Shown here piece after piece: positions 40,359 through 51,179 of a DNA stretch of 64,000 nucleotides. The first letter of the stretch is position 1, and every line of letters starts with the position of its first letter. The notes below the pieces were generated by a model. The model did not search any database. It was given only the letters and a program-made list of their open reading frames with translations, and was not told the origin of the DNA. Source of the DNA: Clostridia bacterium (lineage in GTDB: Bacteria; Bacillota; Clostridia; Oscillospirales; CAG-272). A program made the position numbers and the translations under genes. The stretch spans positions 18,313 to 82,312 of the forward strand of contig JAFTIL010000017.1 of NCBI GenBank assembly GCA_017456905.1. Direction: 5' to 3'.

Positions 40359-40529
40359 AAATAATAAAAGTTTGTCGGCTTTTTCAATGATCCGCTTTTT
40401 GCGGTCATGTGATGACACAAAATGAGATCGTGTGACAAAATACACCAAAAAGAGACAGACAAAATTACAATTGTGCTTCCGACCGAGGGGAGATCCCTTC
40501 GGCATCGAAAACGAAAGAAGGTGAGATCC

Positions 40530-40850
40530 TTGTCAAAAGAAGCCATGATGCGTATCCGCGAGGCTGAAGCAGAGGCAAAGGCCATGAAAGAGGCCGCCGA
40601 GCAGGAGGCCGCCGCACGGATCGAGCAAAATGAAAAGGCCTTAGCCGCCGAAGAGGAAAAGGCGGTCAGCGCCGCTGATGAAGCCCTCAAGGCTAAGCTG
40701 GCCTCTGTGAGAAAGAGAGCGGACGAGCTCATCGAGCAGAGCCGCAAGGAGGCCGCTGAGGACGTAACAGCCATGGAGACCGAGGCTCGCGCGCATATGC
40801 GTGAAGCCGTTAAGCTCATCGTATGGGAGATGTTTGATCAATGTCAATAA
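40530..40850 (+). CDS. ntpF: V/A-type ATPase stator subunit G/H (NtpF-like)
   Basis: Glu/Ala/Lys coiled coil IREAEAEAKAM; TTG start after GAAGGTGA; first gene of the operon. Confidence 0.75.
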   Translation: MSKEAMMRIREAEAEAKAMKEAAEQEAAARIEQNEKALAAEEEKAVSAADEALKAKLASVRKRADELIEQSRKEAAEDVTAMETEARAHMREAVKLIVWEMFDQCQ

Positions 40851-42871
40851 GTACAATGAAACGGTTGACCGTGTTGACCCCCAAGGTGGATGCGGATGCC
40901 CTCATTCGTCGCCTCATGAAGCTGAAATGCGTAGAGATCAGTACCTCTTCATTAGACGAGGGCGGCGATCTTTACCGCAACGATTGCGACACCGCCCGAG
41001 TCGAGGCGGAGAAGCGGGTGGCGAATATTGCCGAGGCAATTCCCATTTTGGATAAATACACGGTTGGAAAATCCCCCTGGAGGGACAAGCCCATCAATAC
41101 CAGCACGGGGCTGTTCCGTAAAACGGGAAGCTACCACGCCGCCTGGGCGGTGGTAGACGAAGTGCTGGAGATCCGTGATACTATGACGGAATGTTATCAC
41201 GAGGACAACCGTATGGCGGCGCGCATCGCCATGCTGTGTCCCTGGCTTGAATACGATCTGCCCCTGGAGATCAATGCAACGGATGCCGCATATCTGTGGC
41301 TGGGAACCTTCCCGTCTGCCGTCCGCATTGAATCTGTGCAGGCAGCGCTTTCGGATCTGAATGCGGGGATAGAAGAGGTTTACCGAGATAAGGCAGGCCT
41401 TTATGCTTCTGTTGCTCTTCATCAGGGAGACGAGGAGGCCGTGAACCGTGTTTTAGCGGGCATGGGCTTTGTGAAAGCCAATTTCAAGGACCTCACGGGT
41501 ACGGCCAAGCAGGTTGCCCGCGCGGCTGAGCGTCGAATGGATGCCATTGATAACGAGCTGCAGGCTTGTATCGACCGCCTTTGCGAGCTATCGCCGCTTC
41601 TCGAGGATCTTCAGGTTCTTTACGACGTGGAAATGACCACTCTTACGGCCATCAAGCAGAAACAAAAGCTGGCCGCTACAGAGTCCTGTGTGCTTCTCAC
41701 GGGCTGGATTCCCGTTGAGAAAAGCGAGAAGGTCAAGCATGCTCTGCATCATTTGAATTGCGCATATGATCTGACTGATCCCGCTGAGGATGAGGAGCCG
41801 CCCATTCTGCTCAAGAACAACGGCTATGCCTCCAACTTCGAGTGGGTGGTGGGTATGTATTCCTATCCCAAGTACGGCACGTACGACCCCACCTTTATCA
41901 TGAGTATCTATTACTTCGTGATCTTCGGCCTAATGTTTGCCGACGTAGGCTACGGCTTGCTTCTGATCCTGGGTGCCTTCCTCGGTGTCAAGTTCATGAA
42001 GCTTTCCCCCGGCATGAAGCGGATGTTTACCATGTTTGGCTATTGCGGTATCGCCTGTGTGATCTTGGGCGCCGTGTTCGGCGGCTGGTTTGGCGATCTG
42101 CCCTATGCCATCATGACCACCTATATGGGCTACGAAAGCGCTGAGGCCGCTAAAGCCGCCGCTCCCATCTTCAACGGTGTGACCTTGACCTTGAACGGCG
42201 AGCCCCTGTCCCTTAATCCTCTGGAAAATCCCATTCCCTTCCTGATCATTTCCCTTGCTATGGGTCTCATCCACATCCTGGGCGGTATGGCGGTCAAGTT
42301 TTATCTGCTGTGCAGAGAAGGGAAGATCTTCTCGGCCATCTTTGATATTGGTTCTTATTGGATCCTTTTCGGCGGTATCGGATTGATCTTCGTGGATTCC
42401 ACCGTGGGCCTGGCGGTGACTGTCATGGGTGTGCTCATGATCGTGCTCACCCAGGGACGGGAAAAGAAGAATATCTTCGCCAAGCTTGTCTTTGGTCTCA
42501 AGGGCCTTTACGATCTGATCAGCTACGCCTCCGATCTTCTCTCCTACAGCCGTATTCTGGCGCTGGGTCTGGCGGCGGGCGTTATGGCTCAGGTGTTCAA
42601 CCTCTTGGGTACCTTGGGCGGCCCTACCATCCCCGGCTTCATCCTGTTGATCCTGGTTATGCTGATAGGACACGGTCTGAACATGGCTATCAATATCCTC
42701 GGTGCCTTCGTTCATACCTGCCGTTTGCAATATCTTGAATTTTTCAGCCGATTTTACGAGGACGGCGGTACGCCCTTTGATCCCGCCCTCCCCAGCGAAA
42801 AATATTCCACCGCAGAGTCGGAAAAAACAAAAAATAAAACAAATTCTTATCATAAAGGAGTCATCTCATGA
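40841..42871 (+). CDS. ntpI: V-type ATPase subunit I (a)
   Basis: DPT, FGLMFADVGYG, SYSRILALGLA, HTCRLQYLEFF. Confidence 0.96.
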   Translation: MSISTMKRLTVLTPKVDADALIRRLMKLKCVEISTSSLDEGGDLYRNDCDTARVEAEKRVANIAEAIPILDKYTVGKSPWRDKPINTSTGLFRKTGSYHAAWAVVDEVLEIRDTMTECYHEDNRMAARIAMLCPWLEYDLPLEINATDAAYLWLGTFPSAVRIESVQAALSDLNAGIEEVYRDKAGLYASVALHQGDEEAVNRVLAGMGFVKANFKDLTGTAKQVARAAERRMDAIDNELQACIDRLCELSPLLEDLQVLYDVEMTTLTAIKQKQKLAATESCVLLTGWIPVEKSEKVKHALHHLNCAYDLTDPAEDEEPPILLKNNGYASNFEWVVGMYSYPKYGTYDPTFIMSIYYFVIFGLMFADVGYGLLLILGAFLGVKFMKLSPGMKRMFTMFGYCGIACVILGAVFGGWFGDLPYAIMTTYMGYESAEAAKAAAPIFNGVTLTLNGEPLSLNPLENPIPFLIISLAMGLIHILGGMAVKFYLLCREGKIFSAIFDIGSYWILFGGIGLIFVDSTVGLAVTVMGVLMIVLTQGREKKNIFAKLVFGLKGLYDLISYASDLLSYSRILALGLAAGVMAQVFNLLGTLGGPTIPGFILLILVMLIGHGLNMAINILGAFVHTCRLQYLEFFSRFYEDGGTPFDPALPSEKYSTAESEKTKNKTNSYHKGVIS

Positions 42872-43497
42872 AAATCGCATCTGTAAAGAAATTTTTGGCC
42901 GTTATTCTGTCCGTGTTCGCTATCCTGACCCTGACCGTTGTTGTAGCTTCCGCTACCGACGGCGCTGAAACGCCCGCCAAAAATCCCATCGCTGATATGT
43001 TTTTGGGTCTGTTCTCCGGCACGAACCTTGCCCTTTTGGGTGTGGCGCTGGCTGTTACTCTCCCTTGTATCGGTTCCGCCAAGGCTGTTGGTATCGTTGG
43101 TGAAGCTGCTGACGGTCTGCTCTCCGAGCAGCCCGGTATGTTCGGTAAGGCATTCCCCATGATGGCTCTGCCTATGACCCAGGGTGTATACGGCCTGGTT
43201 GCGTCCTTCCTGATGCTCATGGCCCTCGGCCTTTTCGGTAATCCCGACAACCTCATGAACCTGACCTTTGCACAGGGCGGTTACTTCGTCATGGCTGCTC
43301 TTCCCATCGCCATCGCAGGTTATCTGTCTGCCATCCGTCAGGGCCGCGTAGCTGCCGCAGGTATCAACCTCATCGGCAAGCGCCCCGGTTCTCTGGGTCA
43401 GGCTATCACCACCGCCGCACTGGTGGAGACTTATGCGATCTTCTCCCTGCTCATCACCATCATGCTGGTCTTCCTCTGCCCCTTCTCCGTACTCTGA
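42868..43497 (+). CDS. ntpK: V-type ATPase subunit K (c), 4-TM Na+-type, with N-terminal signal-like extension
   Basis: IGSAKAVG, TQGVYG, RQGRVAAAG, VETYA. Confidence 0.95.
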   Translation: MKIASVKKFLAVILSVFAILTLTVVVASATDGAETPAKNPIADMFLGLFSGTNLALLGVALAVTLPCIGSAKAVGIVGEAADGLLSEQPGMFGKAFPMMALPMTQGVYGLVASFLMLMALGLFGNPDNLMNLTFAQGGYFVMAALPIAIAGYLSAIRQGRVAAAGINLIGKRPGSLGQAITTAALVETYAIFSLLITIMLVFLCPFSVL

Positions 43498-43533
43498 TAC
43501 AAAGGAATTCCAAGGAAGGAAACTTAAAAAGCT

Positions 43534-44202
43534 ATGACCGGAATTGAAAAAGTCACGGGCAAGATCATTGCCGATGCGCGTGAAGAGGCCGACGCCATCC
43601 TTCAAAGGGCTGACGAGACCTGTGCCGCTGTTCGAGCAGAATATTCAGCCCGTATCCAGGCCGAGCGGGACAAGCTGGAGGAGCAGGCCAACCGGGAGTG
43701 TGAGTCTATCATCACCCGTGCCAAATCCTCGGCGGCTATGGCCAAACGCAACGTAGTGCTTGAAAGCCGCGCTGCCCTCATCAGCGAGGCCTACGCTACT
43801 GCCGAAAAGGAGCTTCGCGAGCTCCCTGTGGACGAGTATCTGGATCTACTCGTCAAGATGCTGAGAGGCGCCCTCCTGCGTCAGCTTGAGAGTGAGCGGG
43901 AGAGCTTGGCGCTTTACGGCGAGAATATTACTCCCGATAAATACGAGGTGCTCCTCAACCGCAATGACCGCGATATGTTCGGCACCCGTCTCATGGAGAC
44001 GATCAAGCGCACTCAAGTGGGTAAGATCAGCATGAGCGTGCTGGACCGCGTGGTGTTGTCCAACCAGATCGCTAAGATCGATGGCGGTCTCGTCCTCCGA
44101 TGCGGGGACGTGGAGGCGAATTGCGCGCTCGGTATGATGATGGCGCAGGTGCGCCGCGCTACAGAGGTCAAGGTGAACCAAACGCTGTTCGGCAATACTT
44201 GA
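43534..44202 (+). CDS. ntpE: V-type ATPase subunit E
   Basis: MTGIEKVTGKIIADA coiled coil; IDGGLVL. Confidence 0.9.
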   Translation: MTGIEKVTGKIIADAREEADAILQRADETCAAVRAEYSARIQAERDKLEEQANRECESIITRAKSSAAMAKRNVVLESRAALISEAYATAEKELRELPVDEYLDLLVKMLRGALLRQLESERESLALYGENITPDKYEVLLNRNDRDMFGTRLMETIKRTQVGKISMSVLDRVVLSNQIAKIDGGLVLRCGDVEANCALGMMMAQVRRATEVKVNQTLFGNT

Positions 44203-44248
44203 TCCTCGACCTAATCCGTCCCCTGCGAGGGGACACACGGAGGCATGA

Positions 44249-45292
44249 ATGAAAAAATTACAAGCCACAGAATATACCTATGCCTCTGCCCGTATCCGCG
44301 CCATGGAAAACAGACTGGTGGGCAGAGAGCGTGTGGACGTGCTGGTTGATCTGAAGTCAAGCGAGGACGTGATGGTAAAGCTTTCGGAGTATGGCGTTCT
44401 GTCCGCCGCTGAGGGGGAGGGAAGTGCTCCTGCCTCAGGGGAGACCTTAGGCTATAAGCGAGAGGAGATGCTCACATCTCTCCTTTGTGCCGCCTGCAAT
44501 GAAGTCTACGAGGCTGTGCCCGAGCCCGAATTTTTTGCTTGGTTCCGCTATCCCTACGATTGTAACAATATCAAGACCGTGATCAAATGCCATATCAGAG
44601 GTATCGACCCTATGGATATGCTCTTTGATTTTGGTACGGTATCGGCAGAGGAAACGGTGCGGCTTCTGACAGAAGGAAAGTGCGATGCATTCCCCACGGC
44701 TATGGCCGCAGCCATTGGCGAGGCCAAGGAAGCCTACGCCAAAACCAATGATCCCCAGCAGATCGATGCTATTTTAGATAAGGCCTGTTACGCGGATATG
44801 CTGACCTCGGCCAAAGCATCGGGGAACGAGACCATCCTGGGCTGGATCACCACCAAGATAGATCTCGTCAATATCATGATGTGTTTGCGCATTCTCCGCA
44901 TGAAACGCGGAGAGACGGGCAAGATCTTTATGGATACCTGCCTTCTGGAAGGCGGAGACCTGCCCCTTGCTTTTTTTGACGCGGCCTACGAGGGCGGCGA
45001 AGAAATGCTTTGGAGTGGTCTTTCTTCGAGCCAATACAGCAAGTACAACCGCTTCGTCAGTGCTGTGGAAAGAACGGATAAGTCTCTTTCTGCCATAGAG
45101 CGCTGTGCCGACAACCACTGGATGTTGATCGTCCGTGAGGGTGCCCGTGTGCCCTTTGGCGCAGAGGTGGCAGGCGGTTACCTCGTTGCCTGCGAAGTGG
45201 CGGTGAAGAATATCCGCATCATACTGGCCGCCAAGGACGCAAAGCTGTCCTCCGACGTGCTGAGGGAAAGAATCAGGGATAGCTATGTATAA
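44249..45292 (+). CDS. ntpC: V-type ATPase subunit C (d)
   Basis: YASARIRAMENRL, YDCNNIK, IDLVNI, RERIRDSYV. Confidence 0.92.
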   Translation: MKKLQATEYTYASARIRAMENRLVGRERVDVLVDLKSSEDVMVKLSEYGVLSAAEGEGSAPASGETLGYKREEMLTSLLCAACNEVYEAVPEPEFFAWFRYPYDCNNIKTVIKCHIRGIDPMDMLFDFGTVSAEETVRLLTEGKCDAFPTAMAAAIGEAKEAYAKTNDPQQIDAILDKACYADMLTSAKASGNETILGWITTKIDLVNIMMCLRILRMKRGETGKIFMDTCLLEGGDLPLAFFDAAYEGGEEMLWSGLSSSQYSKYNRFVSAVERTDKSLSAIERCADNHWMLIVREGARVPFGAEVAGGYLVACEVAVKNIRIILAAKDAKLSSDVLRERIRDSYV

Positions 45293-45605
45293 GATTGGTA
45301 TCATTGGCGAGCGCGATAGCGTGCTCGGATTTATGGCCATCGGCTTTTCCGTCCACGAGGCTCCTAATGCCGAAAGCGCCAGAGATATTTTGCATACACT
45401 TGCAAAAGATGACAGCTACGCCATCATCTTTATCGTGGAAAATTATGCGGAGGCGATTGCCGAAGATATTGCCCGTTATAATGACGTTCCCATCCCTGCG
45501 GTGATCACCATCCCGGGACGCGGAGGCTCAACGGGATACGGTATGGCCGCCATCAAGAGTGCCGTGGAACGAGCCGTCGGCGCAGATATTATTTTCAAGG
45601 AGTGA
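45285..45605 (+). CDS. ntpG: V-type ATPase subunit F
   Basis: KIGIIGERDSVLGF, VERAVGADI. Confidence 0.93.
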   Translation: MYKIGIIGERDSVLGFMAIGFSVHEAPNAESARDILHTLAKDDSYAIIFIVENYAEAIAEDIARYNDVPIPAVITIPGRGGSTGYGMAAIKSAVERAVGADIIFKE

Positions 45606-45617
45606 GGAGCAACTACA

Positions 45618-47387
45618 ATGGTAGAAGGAAAGATTTTAAAGGTATCCGGCCCTCTGGTCATTGCCGAGGGTATGAGAAATGCCAATATGTTTGACGTGGT
45701 GCGTGTCGGTGAAAACCGTTTGATCGGTGAGATCATCGAAATGCACGGTGACCGCGCCTCTATCGAGGTCTACGAGGAAACTGCAGGCCTTGGCCGCGGC
45801 GATAAGGTGGTGTCTACGGGTGCCCCTCTATCCGTGGAGCTTGGCCCCGGTCTGATCACCTCCATTTACGACGGCATCCAGCGCCCGCTGGAAGCCATGA
45901 GAATCAAATATGGCTCCAACATCCAGAAGGGTATCGACGAGGCCGCGCTGGACAGAGACAAGCGCTGGAGATTCGAGCCCGCGCTTTCGGTGGGTGACAC
46001 CGTCAGCGGCGGCGACGTGTACGGTACCGTGCAGGAGACCGAGATCATTACCCACAAGATCATGTGCCCTCCTAAGAAGAAGGGTACCATCGTGGAGCTG
46101 ATCCCCGGTGAATACCGTGTCACCGATCGTATTGGCCGTATCCGTCTTGATGACGGTACTCTGGAGGATATCACCCTCATGCAGAAATGGCCCGTCCGCG
46201 TGGCCCGTCCCTATGCCGAAAAGCTGCCTCCCGTGGAGCCTATGATCACGGGTCAGCGTCCCATCGACGCCCTGTTCCCCATCGCCAAGGGCGGTACTGC
46301 TTGCGTCCCCGGCCCCTTCGGCTCGGGTAAGACCGTGGTGCAGCACCAGCTTGCTAAATGGAGTGACGTGGATCTGGTGGTCTACATCGGTTGTGGCGAG
46401 CGCGGTAACGAGATGACAGACGTTCTCCGTGAGTTTCCCGAGCTGACCGACCCTCGTACGGGCAAGTCCCTCATGGAGCGTACCGTGTTGATCGCCAACA
46501 CCTCGGATATGCCCGTGGCCGCTCGTGAGGCGTCTATCTATACGGGTATCACCATTGCCGAATATTTCCGTGATATGGGTTATTCGGTGGCTGTTATCGC
46601 TGACTCTACCTCCCGTTGGGCTGAGGCGCTCCGCAAAATGTCGGGCCGTCTTGAAGAAATGCCCGGTGAGGAAGGTTATCCTGCATACCTTACCTCTCGT
46701 TTGGCTCAGTTCTACGAGCGTGCGGGTAAGGTGGTCTGCATCGGTTCCGATAAGCGCGAGGGCGCTCTGTCTGCCATTGGTGCCGTATCTCCCCAGGGCG
46801 GTGATATCTCCGAGCCTGTGACCCAGGCGACTCTGCGTATCGTTAAGGTCTTCTGGGGTCTGGACGCATCTTTGGCTTACCGCCGTCATTTCCCCGCCAT
46901 CAACTGGCTCAATTCCTATTCTCTCTATCGTGACCGCCTGGACGGCTGGTTCGGTGAGCACGTGTCACGCAAGTGGACCGAATATACGGGCCGTTGCCTC
47001 AAGACTCTCCAGCTTGAATCCAATCTGGACGAGATCGTCAAATTGGTTGGTATGGACGCTCTCTCCTCTGAAGATAGACTTATCATGGAGTCCGCCCGTT
47101 CTATCCGTGAGGACTTCCTCCAGCAGAACGCCTTTGAGGACGAGGACTGCTACACAGCCCTGGACAAGCAGTACGCCATGATGGATCTGGTGTTCTTCTT
47201 TGAGGACAAGGCCAAGGCCGCCGTCGCCGAGGGCGTGGATGTGGAGGATATCTCCAACCTGCCCGTTCGTGAGCGCATCGGCCGTTTCAAGGCTGTACCC
47301 TATGCTTCCTACCAGGCCGAGCTGGCATCTGTGAAAGAGCAGATCAACGCAGAACTGGGTCAGCTCATTTCTGCTGTGCGCGCCTGA
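45618..47387 (+). CDS. ntpA: V-type ATPase catalytic subunit A
   Basis: P-loop [25 protein letters not shown]. Confidence 0.97.
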   Translation: MVEGKILKVSGPLVIAEGMRNANMFDVVRVGENRLIGEIIEMHGDRASIEVYEETAGLGRGDKVVSTGAPLSVELGPGLITSIYDGIQRPLEAMRIKYGSNIQKGIDEAALDRDKRWRFEPALSVGDTVSGGDVYGTVQETEIITHKIMCPPKKKGTIVELIPGEYRVTDRIGRIRLDDGTLEDITLMQKWPVRVARPYAEKLPPVEPMITGQRPIDALFPIAKGGTACVPGPFGSGKTVVQHQLAKWSDVDLVVYIGCGERGNEMTDVLREFPELTDPRTGKSLMERTVLIANTSDMPVAAREASIYTGITIAEYFRDMGYSVAVIADSTSRWAEALRKMSGRLEEMPGEEGYPAYLTSRLAQFYERAGKVVCIGSDKREGALSAIGAVSPQGGDISEPVTQATLRIVKVFWGLDASLAYRRHFPAINWLNSYSLYRDRLDGWFGEHVSRKWTEYTGRCLKTLQLESNLDEIVKLVGMDALSSEDRLIMESARSIREDFLQQNAFEDEDCYTALDKQYAMMDLVFFFEDKAKAAVAEGVDVEDISNLPVRERIGRFKAVPYASYQAELASVKEQINAELGQLISAVRA

Positions 47388-47415
47388 TCCTGCCACCATT
47401 TGAAAGGAGATTCAC

Positions 47416-48798
47416 ATGATTAGAGAATACAAAACCATCGAAGAGGTGGCCGGTCCTCTTATGCTTGTCAAGCAGGTGGAGGGCGTCAAATACGATGAGC
47501 TGGGCGAGATCCAGCTCCCGAACGGTGAAGTGCGCCGCTGCCGTGTCCTTGAGGTCAACGGCAGAAATGTGCTGGTTCAGCTTTTTGAGTCCTCTGCGGG
47601 ACTGAACCTGGCTGAATCCAAGGTGAGATTTACAGGTCACGGCGTTGAACTGCCCGTGTCCGAAAATATGTTGGGGCGCGTGTTCAACGGTATGGGCGAG
47701 GCCATCGACGGCGGTGCGGATATCATCCCCGTCAAGTCTTTGGATATCAACGGCTCCCCTATCAATCCCGCCGCTCGTTACTATCCCTCTGAGTTTATCC
47801 AGACGGGTGTTTCTACGATCGACGGTCTGAACACCCTGGTCAGAGGTCAGAAGCTGCCCATCTTCTCGGGCTCGGGTCTGCCCCATGCCAATCTGGCCGC
47901 TCAGATTGCAAGACAGGCTAAGGTCAGAGGCTCTGACTCTAAGTTCGCAGTGGTTTTTGCCGCTATCGGTATTACCTTTGAGGAAGCAGATTTCTTTATC
48001 TCCGACTTTAAGAAAACAGGCGCCATTGACCGCACGGTTCTGTTCATCAACCTGGCCTCCGACGCAGCCATCGAGCGTATTTCTACGCCTCGTATGGCCC
48101 TGACCGCCGCCGAGTACCTGGCGTTCGAGTGTGATATGCACGTGCTGGTCATTCTGACCGATATTACCAACTACGCAGAGGCACTTCGCGAGGTGTCTGC
48201 CGCCCGAAAGGAAGTCCCCGGCCGTCGTGGCTATCCCGGTTACCTTTATACCGACTTGGCCACCATGTACGAGAGAGCAGGCAGAAAGATGGGCTCCGAG
48301 GGCTCCATCACCATGATCCCCATCCTCTCCATGCCCGAGGATGACAAGACCCACCCCATCCCCGACCTAACCGGCTATATTACCGAGGGTCAGATCATCC
48401 TGTCCCGTGAGATGTACCGCAAGGGCTATATGCCTCCCGTGGACGTCCTGCCTTCTCTGTCCCGTTTGAAGGACAAGGGTATCGGCGTTGGTAAGACCCG
48501 CGAGGATCACGCAGGTACCATGAACCAGCTCTTCTCCTCTTACGCAAGAGGTAAAGAGGCAAAGGAACTGATGGTGGTGCTGGGTGAAGCCGCGCTGACC
48601 CCCATCGACAGACTTTACGCTAAGTTTGCCGATGCCTTTGAGGAAAGATATATCAACCAGGGCTTCAACGAGAACAGAACCATTGAAGAGACCCTTGACC
48701 TCGGCTGGGAGCTGCTTTCCATCCTGCCCAGATCCGAAATGAAGCGTATCAAACCCGAATTCGTGGAGAAATATTGGCCTAAAAAAGATGAAAACTGA
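47416..48798 (+). CDS. ntpB: V-type ATPase subunit B
   Basis: [36 protein letters not shown]. Confidence 0.97.
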   Translation: MIREYKTIEEVAGPLMLVKQVEGVKYDELGEIQLPNGEVRRCRVLEVNGRNVLVQLFESSAGLNLAESKVRFTGHGVELPVSENMLGRVFNGMGEAIDGGADIIPVKSLDINGSPINPAARYYPSEFIQTGVSTIDGLNTLVRGQKLPIFSGSGLPHANLAAQIARQAKVRGSDSKFAVVFAAIGITFEEADFFISDFKKTGAIDRTVLFINLASDAAIERISTPRMALTAAEYLAFECDMHVLVILTDITNYAEALREVSAARKEVPGRRGYPGYLYTDLATMYERAGRKMGSEGSITMIPILSMPEDDKTHPIPDLTGYITEGQIILSREMYRKGYMPPVDVLPSLSRLKDKGIGVGKTREDHAGTMNQLFSSYARGKEAKELMVVLGEAALTPIDRLYAKFADAFEERYINQGFNENRTIEETLDLGWELLSILPRSEMKRIKPEFVEKYWPKKDEN

Positions 48799-48809
48799 AA
48801 GGTGATCTT

Positions 48810-51179
48810 ATGAGAAAAAATCAGCTTTTCGCTCTGCTCTGCGGGATGCTGGTCATGCTCCTGCTTCTTGTGAGCTGTGGTGGCGACGATCCCGCCGAGA
48901 CCACCCCCGAGACCGATACTCCGGTTGAGACTGTGACCGATGCCCCTGAAACTCCCACCGATCCCATGGAGACGGAGCCTTCCGGCTCTGAGGAGACCAC
49001 CGAAGCGGCTACGGATTATTTCGAGGCTAACCGTATTGAAATCGTAAAACCCGATGAATTGAAGTCCCCCGACGTGGCTATCGCCGGTGATGGCTACGAT
49101 ATCTTCCAGATGAAGGAAGATACCGATTGGGGCTATCGCTACGGTTGCACCTACCTCTATAACGACGATGGTACCATCGACGCTTATTTTGCGTCCCCCG
49201 GCGCCGACGGCGAATGGGACTGGATCGCCTACCGTCATTCCCCCGACGGCGGTGAGACCTGGACCCCCGAGAAGATGGTGCTGAACCCCACCCAGGGCTC
49301 CATGGACTTCTATTCCAACTGTGACCCCGGCGTGGTCTACTTCAACGGCTATTACTATCTGGGTTACACCTCTACCTTGAATTCTACGGGTGCTTGCAAT
49401 AACCTGTTTGTGGCACGCTCCAAGAATCCCGACGGGCCCTTTGAAAAGTGGAACGGCTCGGGTTGGGGCGGTGAGCATCCCCAGCCTATCGTGTACTACA
49501 CCACCGACTACAGCAAGTTCGGTATGGGTGAGCCTTCCTTCGTGGAGCTGAACGGTACCCTGTATATCTACTATACCGATATTTGTCCCTCGGGCGACTA
49601 CACCATGGTCGCCACGGCTGATGCCACCAACGAAAATTGGCCTGCTACCATGCAGTTCCACGGTGTGGTCGTGGAGAAGAACACCGACTCCATTGACATT
49701 AAGTACGTGGAGGAGTGGGGCAAGTTCGTGGGCGTGGCTACGGGCGACCGTATGGGCGCCGCCAGTTGGCTGGGCTTCTATGAGTCCAACGACGGTATCC
49801 ATTTTGAACTGGTGGACATTGTCCGTAAGGATACCTATTCTCACCTGCACAACGCAGGCTTGTCCTCTCGCAGAAACGGTCACATCAATCTGACCGAGGA
49901 CGCTGATAAGCTCCGCGTGATCTATGCATACGGTGAGGGCTGGGGTACGTGGAACACCCGTGTCCAGCCCATTACCCTGACCCTGACCGACAAGGAAGGC
50001 TATCTGGAGCGCATGGCCGCCGAAAAGAAGGTGGCATGCTTGCCCGATCCCGTCAACCGTGCTCCTGCTGTGGCTGAGGGCGAACGTAACTATATCATGG
50101 TGCGTACACAGCGTGATGTATACGAATATGGCTTGGCCAAGAAGAGCTTCCCCATTATTGTTCGCGTTTATGACGAATATTTCCAAAGCATTCAGCTTGA
50201 CCGCCGTGATGAGAACGTCAGCTTCAAGGTTTATGATGAGAGCGTCATTACCATTGAAGGTATCATGGCAACCATCCGCGGTGTTGGCTCTACTGTGGTG
50301 GAGGTGCACTACGGCGATGAACTGCTCAACGTGTTCTACGTAAACATCACCGAGGTGGCCGAGGAGGAGGTTCCCGGTAATCCTCCCGTGGCCTTTGAGC
50401 CTGTATACGACAGTTATACCATTTACATGGGTGAGCGCGGCGATTACCGTCCCCAGATTCGCACCAAGTTGTGGTTCAGCGACGGTTCCTTCGAGGAGCA
50501 TTACGTGGACGAGCCCAAGATCAATCTGACCTTTACGGGCTATGACACCAATATCATAGACGTAAACGCCAAGGGTATCGTGACTGCAAAGGCTAAGGGC
50601 GAGACCACCGTGACCGTGACCTACAAGGATATGTCCTGTGATGTCAAGATCACTGTTTCGGACGACCCGGAGGACGCTTACTATAAAACGGGCGATGGTG
50701 CCGTATTGGATTATACCAATATTGATTTCACAAAGCCCGAGTCGTCGGAGGTGCTTAACGGCACGAACAACGCCAGCGCATCTGTGACCTCCGAGGGTCT
50801 GATGCTGGTGGTCAATGATGTGGGCAAGACTCCTGATATGACCGATGCGATCGTACGCTTGAATTACGGTAAGTCCCTGGACACGCTGAAGGCCGAGGAT
50901 TACGATTATTTGGAGATCACTTATAAGGTTTCTGTCGATAACTCCCAGCACGCAACGCGCACTCAGGTCTTTGTGTGCGCGGGTAACGTGACCAGCGAGA
51001 CAGCTGATTGCCAGGTAATGGCCAATCTGGAAACTGATGGTGAATTCCATACCCTGAAGATCAAGTTGTCGGATTACACTTGGTGGACGGGCACCATCAA
51101 TTCCTTGCGCTTTGATTTCTTTGACTACTCCGTTGGTGGTGACACCATGATCGTCTCCTCCATTAAGCTTACGAAATAA
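48810..51179 (+). CDS. lipoprotein with beta-propeller glycoside-hydrolase-like domain, Ig-like domains and C-terminal CBM-like domain
   Basis: LVSC lipobox; Asp-box SPDGGETW; CDPGV and GEPS motifs of GH43/clan-J style; Big_2-like GIVTAKAKGETTVTVTY; WTGTINSLRFD. Confidence 0.7.
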   Translation: MRKNQLFALLCGMLVMLLLLVSCGGDDPAETTPETDTPVETVTDAPETPTDPMETEPSGSEETTEAATDYFEANRIEIVKPDELKSPDVAIAGDGYDIFQMKEDTDWGYRYGCTYLYNDDGTIDAYFASPGADGEWDWIAYRHSPDGGETWTPEKMVLNPTQGSMDFYSNCDPGVVYFNGYYYLGYTSTLNSTGACNNLFVARSKNPDGPFEKWNGSGWGGEHPQPIVYYTTDYSKFGMGEPSFVELNGTLYIYYTDICPSGDYTMVATADATNENWPATMQFHGVVVEKNTDSIDIKYVEEWGKFVGVATGDRMGAASWLGFYESNDGIHFELVDIVRKDTYSHLHNAGLSSRRNGHINLTEDADKLRVIYAYGEGWGTWNTRVQPITLTLTDKEGYLERMAAEKKVACLPDPVNRAPAVAEGERNYIMVRTQRDVYEYGLAKKSFPIIVRVYDEYFQSIQLDRRDENVSFKVYDESVITIEGIMATIRGVGSTVVEVHYGDELLNVFYVNITEVAEEEVPGNPPVAFEPVYDSYTIYMGERGDYRPQIRTKLWFSDGSFEEHYVDEPKINLTFTGYDTNIIDVNAKGIVTAKAKGETTVTVTYKDMSCDVKITVSDDPEDAYYKTGDGAVLDYTNIDFTKPESSEVLNGTNNASASVTSEGLMLVVNDVGKTPDMTDAIVRLNYGKSLDTLKAEDYDYLEITYKVSVDNSQHATRTQVFVCAGNVTSETADCQVMANLETDGEFHTLKIKLSDYTWWTGTINSLRFDFFDYSVGGDTMIVSSIKLTK

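Noticed and set aside
35210-51050. Long antisense ORFs 35210-36973, 37007-38446 and 48615-51050
   Set aside because: Exactly mirror real plus-strand genes; shadow frames
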